DNA of 64,000 nt from Octopus sinensis. Lineage: Eukaryota. The notes under the pieces were generated by a model. That model had not been told where the DNA came from. It saw nothing but the letters and a program-made list of their open reading frames with translations, and did not search any database. The position numbers and the translations under genes are program-made. Shown here one piece after another: positions 39,588 to 52,462 of the stretch. The stretch lies in contig NC_043000.1 in assembly GCF_006345805.1 (NCBI RefSeq), forward strand, positions 63,674,001 through 63,738,000. Direction: 5' to 3'. The first letter of the stretch is position 1, and every line of letters starts with the position of its first letter.

Positions 39588-39775
39588 ATAGGCGCAGACG
39601 TGGGTGTATGGTAAGAAGTTTGTTTCCCAACTACATACTTTCAGGTTCAGTCCCACTGCATGGCACTTTGTGCAAGTGTCTCCTACAATAGTCCCGGGAT
39701 CGAACAAAGCATTGTGAGTGGATTTGGTAGACGGAAACTGAAAGAAGGCTGTAGAATGGTACGTGGGTGTATGTG
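39588..39775 (+). mobile_element. SINE family A copy
   Basis: Full head GGCGCAG..GTGG.TGT.TGGTAAGAAG through GGAAACTGAAAGAAG. Confidence 0.8.
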
Positions 39776-40249
39776 TGTATGTGTATGTATTATTCTTTTT
39801 ATTATTAATTTACTTCTTTCAGTCATTTTGACTGCGGCCATGCTGGAGCACCGCCTCAAAGAGTCTTAGTCGAAGCAATCTACCCCAGGACATAATCTTT
39901 GTAAGCCAAGTACTTATTTTATCGGTCTCTTCTGTCGAACCGCTAACTTACGGGGACGTAAACACGCCAGTATCGGTTGTCAGCGATGATGGAGGAACAA
40001 ACACAGACACAAAGATACACACACGCGCAGAAATATACCTACATACATATCTATATCTATATCTATATTTATATACTTTACTCTACCACTGGTATTTGAG
40101 TACTCTTTTTTCCACCTTGTTTCACATTTATGTGTTTACTCCGGTCTATATTTATATATATATATATATATAGTAGAAATACATAAATCCGGGGGAGAAG
40201 CACACTCTAAGATGTAGAGTAGTTAATATTATAATGGTGGAGGCCGGTT

Positions 40250-40790
40250 TATGGTGTTGCCCTATGTCCCCTTTCACCTCTACAGAGACGACACCCTGGC
40301 CATTTCTAATGAGGCAAGTGGCCATACACTAGACAGGCTTAGGAAAGATTTAATCAGCACGCTTGCCTCCATACTACCGACACCACCATCACCACCCCAA
40401 ACGACGCCAACACTAACACCACCAGCAACAGCGCCAACTCTATCAGTGACAACACCACCGGCGGCAACAGCAACCACAGCAGGAGAAACAGTACCAGCAA
40501 CAGCAGCACCTACAACAGCAATGGGCGCACTGAAAACACGCGCCCACATAAATACGTGGGATATACTGGGAATTCTTTAAAACAGCGTTTTTCCAATCAT
40601 TTGTGCTCTTACAGAGTCCTGGAAAGGAGATACGTAACATCGCTGGCCAGCCATGTCTGGCAACTAAGAGACGACGGGATACCATATTCGATCGCATGGA
40701 AAATACTTGAGAACCCAGGCCCCTACATCAACGGAACGAAATGTTGCAAGTTATGCATTGCCGAACGGGGTTTTTCGGATCATGTTTTGG
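40250..40790 (+). pseudogene. Penelope-like element relic (RT YRDD region plus GIY-YIG endonuclease)
   Basis: HLYRDDTLAIS..ASGHTLDRLRKDLI, a Thr/Pro/Ala-rich linker, then YVGYTGNSLKQRFSNH..S....RYVTSLASHVWQLRD....Y.I.WKIL....PY.NGTKCCKLCIAE. Confidence 0.85.
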
Positions 40791-41090
40791 AATCCGCAAG
40801 GCGATGCCACAGCTGGCAGCCAATAGCCAAGGCCAAAAGGGAGACAATAATTTATCTTCATGGTTTTTTGGTGATCGCAAGAAGGCGGCGCGGCGAAGCT
40901 CGATGGCCAATGGCTAAGGGAGATAATCACCTCGTGTTTACCCTTATAGCAGGGTATTTCTCCCTTCATATTTTGAAGAGGTCTTAGGCCAGCAGTGTTT
41001 TGGAGTCTGAAAATTCGCCATAAGGCCAAACTCCTTATGAGCGAGAAACCCAGGGTAACCCGATAAATTGGTCAACCCCATTATAATATA

Positions 41091-41124
<34 letters not shown>

Positions 41125-41409
41125 CATACATACATACATACATACATACATAGACGCATGCATGCATGCATACATACATACATACATACATACATACATA
41201 CATACATACATACATACATACATGGTGACTGCCCCCTCGTTATCGAGTATGGCCATTGCACGAATCTTAATTAATGTTGTTATCGTGCAATGCCTGTGCA
41301 AGAAGATTTTTTTTAAAGTGAAGAAAGGCTGTGCACTGAGTCAATCCCACTCACTAAGCAACAGCAGCCATAATCCGAAAAGAAGAACAAGTCAACATCA
41401 TCGGTAACC

Positions 41410-41725
41410 ACTGAGCCGCAGGTTTTATGTTAGAGTTATCCCAGTTACCTGAGTTACCTTCTCCTAGAAGGATGCCCTAACAAAGGCTAGGAGTCCTTCA
41501 CTCCCAATGGTTTAACCGCGCGATCGGGTATTCAGTCCGATTATTTCTATGTCCCCGCGCATGATACAGCCTTAAGATATTTATTGGATGGCCGTTGACT
41601 TTCAAGAGTTCCTCCGCCCTTTGACGGGTTTTGTTTTTCATCCCGCAGGGTGTCCAATAAACACCCTCTTCACCAAGCAAGCTTGGTGGGGTTGCCGGTT
41701 AGGTCACCGACGACCCGACCATGCA
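41410..41725 (-). mobile_element. Possible RTE-type LINE 5' UTR-like fragment
   Basis: CTAGGAGAAGG.AACTC...AAACCT motif recalled from RTE 5' regions; GC-richer and structured. Recognition from memory only. Confidence 0.3.
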
Positions 41726-41750
41726 ACAGGTTGTACTGGGTTACATACAT

Positions 41751-41918
41751 ATATGACGGGCTTCTTTCAGTTTCCGTCTACCAAATTCACGTACGAGGAT
41801 TTGGTCGGCCCAAGGCTATAGTAGAAGACACTTGCCCAAGGTGCCACGCAGTGAGACTGAACTCGGAACCATGTGGTTAGGAAGCAAGCTTCTTACCACT
41901 CAGCCACGCCTGCGCTTA
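41751..41918 (-). mobile_element. SINE family A copy
   Basis: Reverse complement of the family A consensus, well conserved. Confidence 0.85.
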
Positions 41919-42042
41919 TGTATGTATGTATGTATGTATGTATGTATGTATGTATCATGTTGTGCTCTGTTTGTCCCTCACTACCACTTGACAACCGGTG
42001 TTGATTTGTTTACGTCCCCGTAGTGTAGCGGTTTTCTGCAAA

Positions 42043-42367
42043 TTCTCAAAATCTCTCGTGGAAGCGCCATCCAACCAAAATGCAAATATATGGGAAACTA
42101 CCACCTGTGTCATCTCTTGTGAAAGGTAGGAGAGTCCAGTTTGCTGGACATTGTTGTAGAGCTGAAAAAGAGGTAATTTCTACTCTTCTCTTCTGGAAGC
42201 CATCTACTCGCAATACCAGAGGGCGCACACTCTCCTACCCTGATGTAATCTCCAGGGATGCAGGCATCCAGCAACATGACCTCCGTAATGCCATGATGGA
42301 CCGTGAAGTCTGGCGTAGCATGGTAAATTCCATTGTCTCGACCACGGTCGAACAATGATGATGATGA
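42043..42367 (+). mobile_element. 5'-truncated RTE-clade LINE with TSD, nested in a family C SINE
   Basis: IYGKLPPVSSLVKGRRVQFAGHCCR...WKP...RGRTLSYPDVISRDAG....L.NAMMDREVWR*, a (TGA)n tail, and TSD TTTCTGCAAA at 42033-42042 and 42368-42377. Confidence 0.9.
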
Positions 42368-43567
42368 TTTCTGCAAAAGTGACCGACATAGTCAGTACCA
42401 GCTTTTGATAAAAATAATACCGGTGTCAATTCATTCGATAAAACCCTCCTAGGTGGTAACCTTAACATAGCCGCAGTCAAAATGACTGAAGCAAATAATA
42501 AAAGATAAATGAAAACATGTAATACGATATCCACTCCATAGACTTTTAGACCTAGTGGCTATATAAAAAATCAATACTAATTCTTTCAATCTTCCAAACT
42601 TGTAAATATTTGTACCTAACCAAGATTTTGCCCTATCAAACGGCTCTTCGTAAATTAGATCAACTTAGTCCAATAAAGTTCATTACAGGCGTGTATTTTT
42701 AGTAACATAAATCGTACAAAAGTTAATTATTATTAATAAATATACGGGGATATTGTTTCGTCCTAAATTTACTCTATTTATTTTTTAATATTGCTTCTGA
42801 AGTGTATGGTTTTTGTGTTCGTTTTGTTTTTTATCTTTAATTTGTTTCAAATAAATAAGATATAAATATCAAGTTGAATTGAGAGACAAAATAATATTTT
42901 TGCTATGATTACTATATGCATGTGCATTTGTCGAAGCTGGTATTTCGACTTCAAAAGGAATATATATATCAGATGCTATTCTCTAAATACATAATACGGT
43001 GACTTGTTTCTGAAAATGAAAAAAAATCCAATATGATATTGCTTATATAAACCAATAAATATATTTTTATTATTATTGGCCGCTATGAATGAAAACGTGT
43101 ATGTATGTATGTATGTATGTATGTATGTATGTATGTATGTATGTATGTATGCATGCATGTATGTGTGTATGCATATGTGTATGTATACATGCATGCTCTC
43201 ACACATACACACAGACACACGAAGAGTGTACGTTCACATATATATATATGTGTGTATGTGTGTGTGTGTACACGTAAATGTTTGTATTATGCATGTATGC
43301 CTTTATATGGATATATATGTTCTCATTCGCAATTCACGCCCAAACAAGCATTCAAATGTATAAGTGTGTATATGTACGTATGTATTGTATATATGCATGT
43401 CTGTTTATACGTATGCATGCTCACACACAAACGCAGAGATATGGGAGTGTACGTTCACATATGTGTATATGTCTGTATATATTTATGTGTGTGCGTGTGT
43501 CTATATACATACATATAGGGGTGAGAGGTAGGTAGATAGATAGATACATTCATGCATATGTGTATGT

Positions 43568-43634
<67 letters not shown>

Positions 43635-43694
43635 ATATATATGCGTATATATATATTTACATGAATACCTATATGTATGTATTATGCATGCATG

Positions 43695-44130
43695 CGGAGG
43701 CGCAATGGCCCAGTGGTTAGGGCAGCGGACTCGCAGTCGTAAGATCGCGGTTTCGATTCCCAGACCGGGCATTGTGAGTGTTTATTGAGTATAAACACCT
43801 AAAGCTCCACGAGGCTCCGGCAGGGGTGGGGGTGAACCCTGTTGTACTCTTTCATCACAAATTTCTCTCACTCTTTCTTCTTGTTTCAAAGGGCCAGCCT
43901 TGTCACACTCTGTGTCACGCTAAATCTCCCCGAGAACTACGTTAAGGGTACATGTGTCTGTGAAATGCTCGGGCACTTGCACGTTAATAAATGAGCTGCG
44001 ACGTCACTGGTGCCAAGCTGTATCGGCTCCTTTGCCTTTCCCTTGGATAACATCGGTAGCGTGGAGAGGGGAGGCTGGTATGCATGGGCGACTGCTGGTC
44101 TTCCATAAACAAACTTGCCCATGACCGAAG
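43695..44130 (+). mobile_element. SINE family D copy with an extended 3' segment
   Basis: GGCGCAATGGCCCAGTGGTTAG head, TTCGATTCC B box and shared body to about 43990, plus an extra GC-richer tail. Confidence 0.7.
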
Positions 44131-44897
44131 GGGGTCACAATGCATGCATGTATTCCTATATATAAGCTCACATCCACGCATACACACACATACACATATA
44201 CATAAGTATGTGTATATCCATACATTTGTGTGTTTATGCGTATGTATGGTTGTATGCATGTATGTTTGTATGCATGTGTGCGTGAATGTGCGCCTATGTA
44301 TGCATGCAAAATCGAAAGGTTAGAAAGTTCGCTTTGCAATATTGTGTCTCATAGTTCGACTCCATAGATTGACAAACTTGGACATGTTTTTTAACATGGT
44401 CTCTAATTATTCAATGAAACTATGTGGGTAAAAACTATATGGAAGCGTTTCGAATGTATTATACCTGAACTTCAATGACCCATTCTTGCCAACTTTATGT
44501 CACACCATTTCTCTAAACTATAAGTAATTACATTAAAAGTGCCCATCTCTGTTGCCTATTTTCCACAGACACCCTAATTTAACATGTAAACTACTTCATT
44601 GATCTAACACAGGGGATATTCATTGTCGATGGCAACGGAGGTCCTTTTATGTATGTATGTATGTATGTATGTATGTATGTATGTATGTATGTATGTATGT
44701 ATGTATGTATGTGTGTAAAGGAAACGAGAAAGAGAAAGAAGGAGAGAGAGAGAGAGAGAGAGAGAAAGAAAGAAAGAAAGAAAGAAAGAGTAGTGGCGTA
44801 CTTGTTTAGCACTTTAGGCAAGTGGCTTCTACAGAAGCCCCGGAGCGACCAAACCCTTGTGAGTAGATTTGGTAGACAGAAACTGAACGAAACTCCT

Positions 44898-44970
<73 letters not shown>

Positions 44971-45084
44971 GTGTATGTGTGTGTGTCCGTTTGTCTGTCC
45001 ACCACCACCGGTGTTCGTGCATTTACGGCCCCGTAACTTAGCGGTTTGGCGAGAAAATAAACCGAGAGAACAAGTACAGGCTTT

Positions 45085-46122
45085 CGGACATTGCCTGGAA
45101 AATGGTGGCCTTCAGTGAAGCTATGGCATTATGAAGATGACGATTAGTCTCCCTTTCAACAGCGCTTCACACGTAGTAGTCTATGGAGTTCAAATCTGGC
45201 GAGTTTTGAGGCCACATATTGGGTGTTACATAATCGTAAAGATTGTCTTACAACCATTCTTGGGTGACTAGGGATTTGTGAGAAGATGCTGAATTTTGTT
45301 GAAACACGTATGGACTTCCATTGCATACTTCTTCAATCCAGGGCTTGATAACAGTTTCCAGTACCTCAATGTATCCAGCAGCATTAATTCGAAGACTCTG
45401 TGAAAAAAGTGGAGTGGCATCACATTACCTTCGCTACTCACCACTCCAAAAACCATCACAATGGCTGGAAATTTCGTGTGCATCAGTCTGAGAACTTCAG
45501 AAGAATTTGCGCATAATCACCTGTCATTTCTTCTGTGTCTTCTTGCTGAAAGTTTTTCGTCAGAGAAAAACCAAAGCATGCCTTGTTCATGAGGGTTTTT
45601 CACTTTGTTAAATAACTGTTTTGAACGGATAAGACAGTTTTCCTGTGTCTTTACAGACACAAATTGGCCTGTCCTCATCACATAGGGCTTGTATTAAATG
45701 TCACGATGTACCACAGTTCTGATAGTCCACTCTGACACCCGAAGTTCTTTAGCAATGGACCTCATTGATCTTCTGTGGTTTTCATCGATAATGTTTTGAA
45801 CATGTATAAATTCCGGTGTACTTTTAGTGTCTGAGCGTTGAGAATGTTTTTCTTTTCTCTTTGATACAGGGGAAACATTACCATCACATGCCTCCAATTC
45901 CAACCGAATTTTGTGTACAAATGATCTTGCAACATTTAGAAAGTTGCTAATTTCTAAATCACTGTGCTTTGCATGTATAGCAACTATGACTGCATGTCTT
46001 TTCATTTCTTAAGTTACTATGATATCTTGAAACGGTAATCTGAAGGGAAAAAATGATACGTTAAACAATTTGAAGGTGTAATGAACTGAAAACGAAATTT
46101 CCTCAAATACCTTTTCACCCTG
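45085..46122 (-). mobile_element. Tc1/mariner DD37D (maT-like) transposon relic, one end lost
   Basis: TA-CAGGGTG end at 46122. Transposase MKRHAVIVAIHAKHSDLEIS..., FFSDEKTF, MHTKFP..VMVFGVVS.EG.VMP.HFF, VFQQ(N)S...WPQNSPDLNSIDYYV*. I count 37 residues between the second (mutated D>N) and third catalytic positions. Confidence 0.9.
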
Positions 46123-46199
<77 letters not shown>

Positions 46200-46210
46200 A
46201 TGTACGTATG

Positions 46211-46296
<86 letters not shown>

Positions 46297-46303
46297 ACGT
46301 ATG

Positions 46304-46389
<86 letters not shown>

Positions 46390-46390
46390 A
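46123..46390. repeat. Compound (TG)n/(TA)n microsatellite with internal duplication
   Basis: Seen directly. Confidence 0.95.
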
Positions 46391-46686
46391 TATATGTACA
46401 TACAAGAATATAAAAGACTAGATATGGGTGGATGGGTGCGTACTTAGTCTACAGAAACAGGTGTAAGACTAACTTTCTCTTTATAAATGTCCTGAAAATT
46501 CCACACACCTTTGGCTTTGTTGTCTCATTTTATTCATGCTCATACAAGACCTGCATTAGACTCCTCACTCGTATTATTATCGAACCGAGAGTTTAACTAC
46601 GGTCCTTCAAAAGCACTTACATAGCATTACCTTCTGGATATTAATACCTCTCATATATATATATATATGTATGTATGTATGTATGT

Positions 46687-46754
<68 letters not shown>

Positions 46755-46755
46755 G

Positions 46756-47040
46756 TGGAGTTAAACGCAGGTGTTATTCAAATTCTTTTACTTCCGACAT
46801 ATGTTTCGAAGGCAACATTTGTATTATTCCAGAAGGAATAAAATTGGTGTAAAACAATGCAATCTTCTACGCAGTCATCATATTCTGTTAAAATGTCTTA
46901 TTGATGTGTTTGGTTTCTTTCCCTGATGAGAAGATTGCATTGTTTTACACCATTTTATTCCTTCTGGAATAATACCAATGTTGTCTTCGAAACATATGTC
47001 GGAAGTAAAAGAATTTGAATAACATCTGCGTTTAACTCCA
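46756..47040. repeat. 285-bp fold-back element (about 112-bp arms, 60-bp spacer)
   Basis: 46756-46868 is the reverse complement of 46929-47040 with about 4 differences by eye. Confidence 0.93.
46919..47004 (+). ncRNA. Canonical type I hammerhead ribozyme
   Basis: UUCC-CUGAUGA-GAAGA(49-nt structured extension)UCUUC-GAAAC-AUAU-GUC-GGAA. All conserved core positions present, GUC cleavage triplet, palindromic ACAUAUGU stem III. Confidence 0.88.
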
Positions 47041-47369
47041 TTTATTTATTTATCTATATTATACAAAACATTTCACCTAAATCTGGAGTTTCTACTGTTA
47101 TAAGAAGGCTGTTACATCCTTGGTACTTGTGCGAGTTTTTGCTACCCTGGTAACTGTTTATTTATTTTTTTCTCCTGTTATTTGTAAACACTGAAAAAAC
47201 ACAGATACATACACACATGTTTGAATGTATGCTTGCATGCATGCATGTATGTATGTATGTATGTATGTATGTATGCATGCATGTATGTATGTATGTATGT
47301 ATGTATGTATGTATGTATGTATGTATGTATGAGAATGAGTACTCAACATCGCATTGGTGGATAATATTT

Positions 47370-47495
47370 CTGTCTACTAAATCCACTCACAAGGATTTGG
47401 TCAACCTGAAGCTATAGTAGAAGACACTTGTCCAAGCCCCCATGCGGTGGGACTGAACCCAGAACCATGTGGTTGGGAGCAAGTTTCTTACCACA
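47370..47495 (-). mobile_element. SINE family A copy
   Basis: Reverse complement of the family A consensus. Confidence 0.8.
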
Positions 47496-48859
47496 GAAAA
47501 CAAATACGAGGAAAAGTACAAGCATGGACACCAATCTCCCCTCTTCATCGTGCAGTACGTTACTGACCAATATATAATATTGATATACTAACAATAACAT
47601 TGGTAACACATTGTGAGTACACCGCTGTGCAAGTGATGGCGTACACGCACACACACACACACACACAATCTCACACACACACATCTCACACACACACCTC
47701 CCACACACACACACACACACACACCTCACACACACACATACACACATACGACGGGCTTCCACTCAGTTTTATACTGACAAGGTATCGGTCAACCCGAGAC
47801 AATAGTAGAAGATTTTAGCTCAAGTTGCCGTGTAATGGAAATGAATCCGAAACCGCGAGATTGCAAACCAAGCTTCTTAACCATACAGTTATGTCAACTA
47901 GGAAGATCCTCAGAGCAATACATTTTTTAAAATACCATTAATCATATTCAGTCCTGTTTAGCATTACAGACACTTTATAAATTCCGCCATTGTTTTAATT
48001 CCATTGCTCAGTTCCTGTAAATATCGATTGCTTTTCATTCCTTACAGAACACCTCTATTGTCTGGTGGGAATGATAAAATTCCCTCTGACATAGTTCGCT
48101 TATTCATTACCTTATCAATTAGTATTACATTTAGTTGAGTTGTTACATTATTAACGGTGACCTGTTTGAACAAACAATTCCTGCAGAATGATATACCGCT
48201 TTGTTGTTTCTCGCTTACGTCTGTCATTTCTCGTTTATTTTCATCCCAATCTTCTCGAATGTTCTCCGATATCTAACGTCTGTTGGGATTTTTTTTCACC
48301 TCATCTCTTTAGGATATTTTCATACGTTTCCTAACCAAATAATTATCAATTTCGTTTACTTCATCACACGTCCAAACTGTCTTCTTTACATCTCCACGTA
48401 GCTTGCTGCATTTCTATTCAGCCTTTGATACGATTTGTTCTTTTTCTCCTATTCTTGTTCTATCATAATTAATTCAATCCCTTTAGTGGTTTTTGTTTTC
48501 TCAATACATAATACTGATTGATTCCGCGCTATTTTTCTCATTTGCTTTCCATAATGTTTGTCACTGTAATGTTTATCTTTCCTGACAGTTATTTCCTTTA
48601 AACCATCTTGTGTTTCTTCATCTCTCATCGTAATTTTATCTGCAGCCAACAAGGACAGCTTCTCTGTGTTTGTGTGATCCATCGACCAGCTAAAAAAATA
48701 GCAACCAATTTCTCACACAAGTTATACCATACGTATTAAATAAAGAATCGATTTTTCTCCTCGTTTATTTGTTGATTTAGTAAGTAGGGGCTATGCTTAT
48801 GGCCTTTGCAGACCTTTGGAGATCGGTGGGATTGATGCATTTCATATTCGCCTTAGACA

Positions 48860-49400
48860 TTTGCAAATCGATAGCTACAAGAAAAATACGGCCGGGGATT
48901 GCCTAGTGTAAGGCCTAGAATGAGGTGGAGGGAATATAAGTAAGGGGAGCACGAGTCAGGATCACCTGAGTGAAGGTGGCACAAGACCAGCGAATTCCAA
49001 GGAGTAGGGGTCACGGCGGTAGCAGTAGAGAATGCAACAAGTGTAAACAGCATTTCTGTGGATCAAGGGTTGGAGTGTGCTGGTGACCGACTTCACGCGA
49101 ATCAGTGAAGTAGCCTCTTTTGGAATATATAATATCTATGTGTGTAGCAACAGTACTGTCCCAGATGTTGGATCAGTTCTCTATAGCGGTCTCACACGAA
49201 ATTTATTGAGTGAATAGTTTGGGGATTGGATGAAGTACTTTCCGATCATGATGAAGAAAGGCAGTCTTTAAAGTGAAGTATGATGAGTATGTGCGTATGC
49301 CGGGCGATATCCTCGGTAATGTATAAGCGAAACATTTGTGGTGACTCTGAGGATTTTAGATGCGTGTTAATCATATTTAGGAGGTGGAACTGCGGTATTG
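48860..49400 (-). pseudogene. CR1-like LINE 3' RT fragment (old)
   Basis: RP..ENCSNIWDS...KRATSLI....VTSTLQPLIHRNAVYTCCILYCY...YSLEFAGLVPP pattern with frameshifts. Confidence 0.6.
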
Positions 49401-49453
49401 TTTTTTGCTATATGTCGTAATTGTCTTTGTAACTTTGAAAGAGATTCCTTTTC

Positions 49454-49810
49454 TACAAGGCCCGAAATTTGGGGGGAGGGGCCCAGTCGATTAGATCGAC
49501 CCCAGTACTCAACTGGTACTTAATTTATCGATTCCGAAAGGATATAAAGCAAAGTCGACCTCGGCAGAATTTGAACTCAGAACGTATAGACAGACGAAAT
49601 ACCTATTTCTTTACTACCCACAAGGGGCTAAACATAGAGGGGACAAACAAGGACAGACAAACGAATTTAAGTCGATTACATCGACCCCAGTACGTAACTG
49701 ATACTTAATTTATCGACCCCGAAAGGATGAAAGGCAAAGTCGACCTCGGCGGGATTTGAACTCATGCATTTTGCCCGGCATGCTAACGTTTCTGCCAGCT
49801 CGCCGCCTTA
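49454..49810 (-). mobile_element. Composite (dimer-like) family B SINE
   Basis: Two overlapping family B 3' portions joined by the linker CCACAAGG.GCTAAACATAGAGGGGACAAACAAGGACAGACAAA; same architecture at 58470-58890. Confidence 0.8.
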
Positions 49811-51328
49811 AAAGAGACTGAAAGAGATCGGCATGGTTCCTTTTTAGAGAATGTTCTTGTCGTCTCTGCCAATGGATTTTGAATGCAGAGGAAATAGTCT
49901 GCTTTATATAGTATCATAATCAGAGTAACGCATGGTCTCCCCCAAAGCCCATCAAATGTTCAAAAACACACTAATATATATAAATATAATGTTGGTAAGC
50001 TATATTGCTTTAAGTACATATTGTCTGATGTGCTGTTGCTGTTATTTAACTCTATTACGAAATGCCTATGATCGATGACATTCTAACCATAAGCATTACG
50101 TCTTTTAGAGTTATCTAGGACTATATTAGCAGTGATCTTCTACCTTGATATTGCCTCGATAGAATAACTACTCTCAGTTTTAAAACGCGAATGTTATTCA
50201 AGTCTATCTTTACAAGTATTAATGCTGTGCTCGTAAACTTTTTTATGTTACATACAAAAAAATATCTGAACATTTTTTAACACACATTATCCAACTGACT
50301 TTGTAAAACACTGAAAAAATTACGCACATTTTCCATGCCACTTTTTTCTACGACACAAATTATCACATTAACTTATGTGAGCAGATTTTTACAAAGACTT
50401 TTTATTACAACACAAATTTCTAATTAACTTTTGTGTGTAGATTATTACAAAAACTTTTATCTATGCTCTGCTTTGATGGATGTTGTAAATTAAGAGCTGC
50501 CATATTCTTATGTGAATTCTGCTCTATTTCAAACTTGTATTCCCAAATCCTGTTCTGTATAATTGCAATTGTATTATTTTGCCATCAAAATTAAGAGGGA
50601 TCTATTTTATGCTTATAATTCAAGAAGAAAAACTTATATATAATCCATTATCGTTGTTATCTCGACGAACAATTCTTTTAATTTCTTACAAATGAAACTC
50701 GAAATATTCTCTCTTCAACTTTCTTTTTAAAATCGTTTTTAATCGCCATGTCTTTGTCACCCAATCTTCCAAACTTCATATTTATCTTTACCATAATATC
50801 TTGATGTCTAATTCAGACTTCGGTTAATTCCTTGCTCGCTTAGATTTTTTTTTTTTTTTTATAATTAGAATCATACATGCATTATTTTCTCAAAATTATG
50901 TACATCATTATGTACTACCATTTCTAGACGTTTGAACAAAAGTGTCTGCAAGCTTCTTTTAAGTTTGCAGCCTCCTTTTTGAGTCTACAACCGTTTTCAA
51001 TCTTCATATAAAAATTGTTATTTTCCCATAGAGGATTATTGATTTTGACCTTTTCAGGATACTAGTTTTGACCTGCTTCTGACCTTCTCGAGATATTAGT
51101 TCAGGGATCAATATACTATGTTCTTTTTTTTTTTTATCGAATATATTAACGTTTTATAGTCTTCGCTAAAATGTTACATTCTGCATCATTTTTTTTTTTT
51201 TGAAGATGTTTCGGTATTCTATAATCTATAAATGTGAAATCTTATGGAAGGCTTTGCTGTTTTATAAGGTGGTTATACCGTTACCATAATTCTTTTTCCC
51301 ATATCACTCCTATTGATAGTATTTCAGC

Positions 51329-51696
51329 AATGGAAACTAGACCAAGATATTTTTCTACACGCTATTTCTTCAACTACTAGTATTCTAAACTTCGATACAA
51401 TTCCTCTGAATGTCATGCAGTTATGATCATCATCGTTGTTGTTCTTATTCTTCTTCCTTGTCATCGTTTTCTTTTTCTTTTCTTTTTCTTCATTACCATT
51501 TTATTCTTTTTTAATGGAAACTAGACCAAGATATTTTTCGACACGCTATTTCTTCAACTACTAACATTCTAAACTTCGATACAATTCCTCTGGATGTCAT
51601 GCGGTTATGATCATCGTCGTTGTTGTTCTTATTCTTCTTCCTTGTCATCGTCTCCTTTTTCTTTTCTTTTTCTTCATTGCCATTTTATTCTTCTTT
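51329..51696. repeat. Tandem duplication of a 184-bp unit
   Basis: AATGGAAACTAGACCAAG starts at 51329 and 51513; the copies differ by scattered substitutions. Confidence 0.93.
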
Positions 51697-51835
51697 AGCT
51701 CTGATCAAAGTCCAGCTTCACTCAAACAGGCCTGTAGTCAAAGCGTTCTAGTATGACCAACTCGTCTTAATTTCAAACAGTATATCTAGAATGCAAATCT
51801 AGCTAACGCATAAAAAAATCCCTCTTTGGCTTGTA

Positions 51836-51865
51836 GGTTGTTGTTGTTGTTGTTGTTGTTGTTGT

Positions 51866-51913
<48 letters not shown>

Positions 51914-51962
51914 CGATGATGATGACGATGATGATGACGATGATGATGATGACGACGACGAT
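51836..51962. repeat. (TTG)n-(ATG)n-(ACG) trinucleotide microsatellite
   Basis: Seen directly. Confidence 0.95.
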
Positions 51963-52405
51963 AATGAGTCGACTTTTGATCAAAAGTATTTCAGCTGTGA
52001 CAATTCGTGCATAACACCAAATTCATTATCCTGCGTATCTATTTTTTATGACAGTAAGGGTGACATATAAAGGATAATTGGCTGTTATTTCAAGTAGATC
52101 GAGCGACCACGTAAACACTTCCTCCATTGATATTTCACTTTGCTGACCTCTTTAACATTCAACTTTTTGTGGAGCACACATCGACTTTTAAGACACTATC
52201 ATAATCAAACAGTTTTGTACTTCTATTACAAGATTTATCCCATTCATTTCACTATTTAACAGCAAATTTTTTAATGCTTGATTTTAACATTAACCGCTTT
52301 AATCACTTTGTGTGAGTTGATTTCGTATTGCCTTGCAAACTCTCCATTTTGTTTTTCATTCATTTGTGTGTGTGTGTGTGTGTGTGTGTGCGCGTGCGTA
52401 GGGTG

Positions 52406-52462
<57 letters not shown>

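Noticed and set aside
41585-41700. Possible HDV-like ribozyme in the RTE-like 5' fragment
   Set aside because: Trial folding gave a partial P1/P3 but no P1.1 GG, a wrong L3 length and no P2 partner.
47950-48700. Possible very old RTE linker/RT relic on the minus strand (also about 50600-51300)
   Set aside because: Only vague resemblance; no unambiguous motif recoverable by eye.
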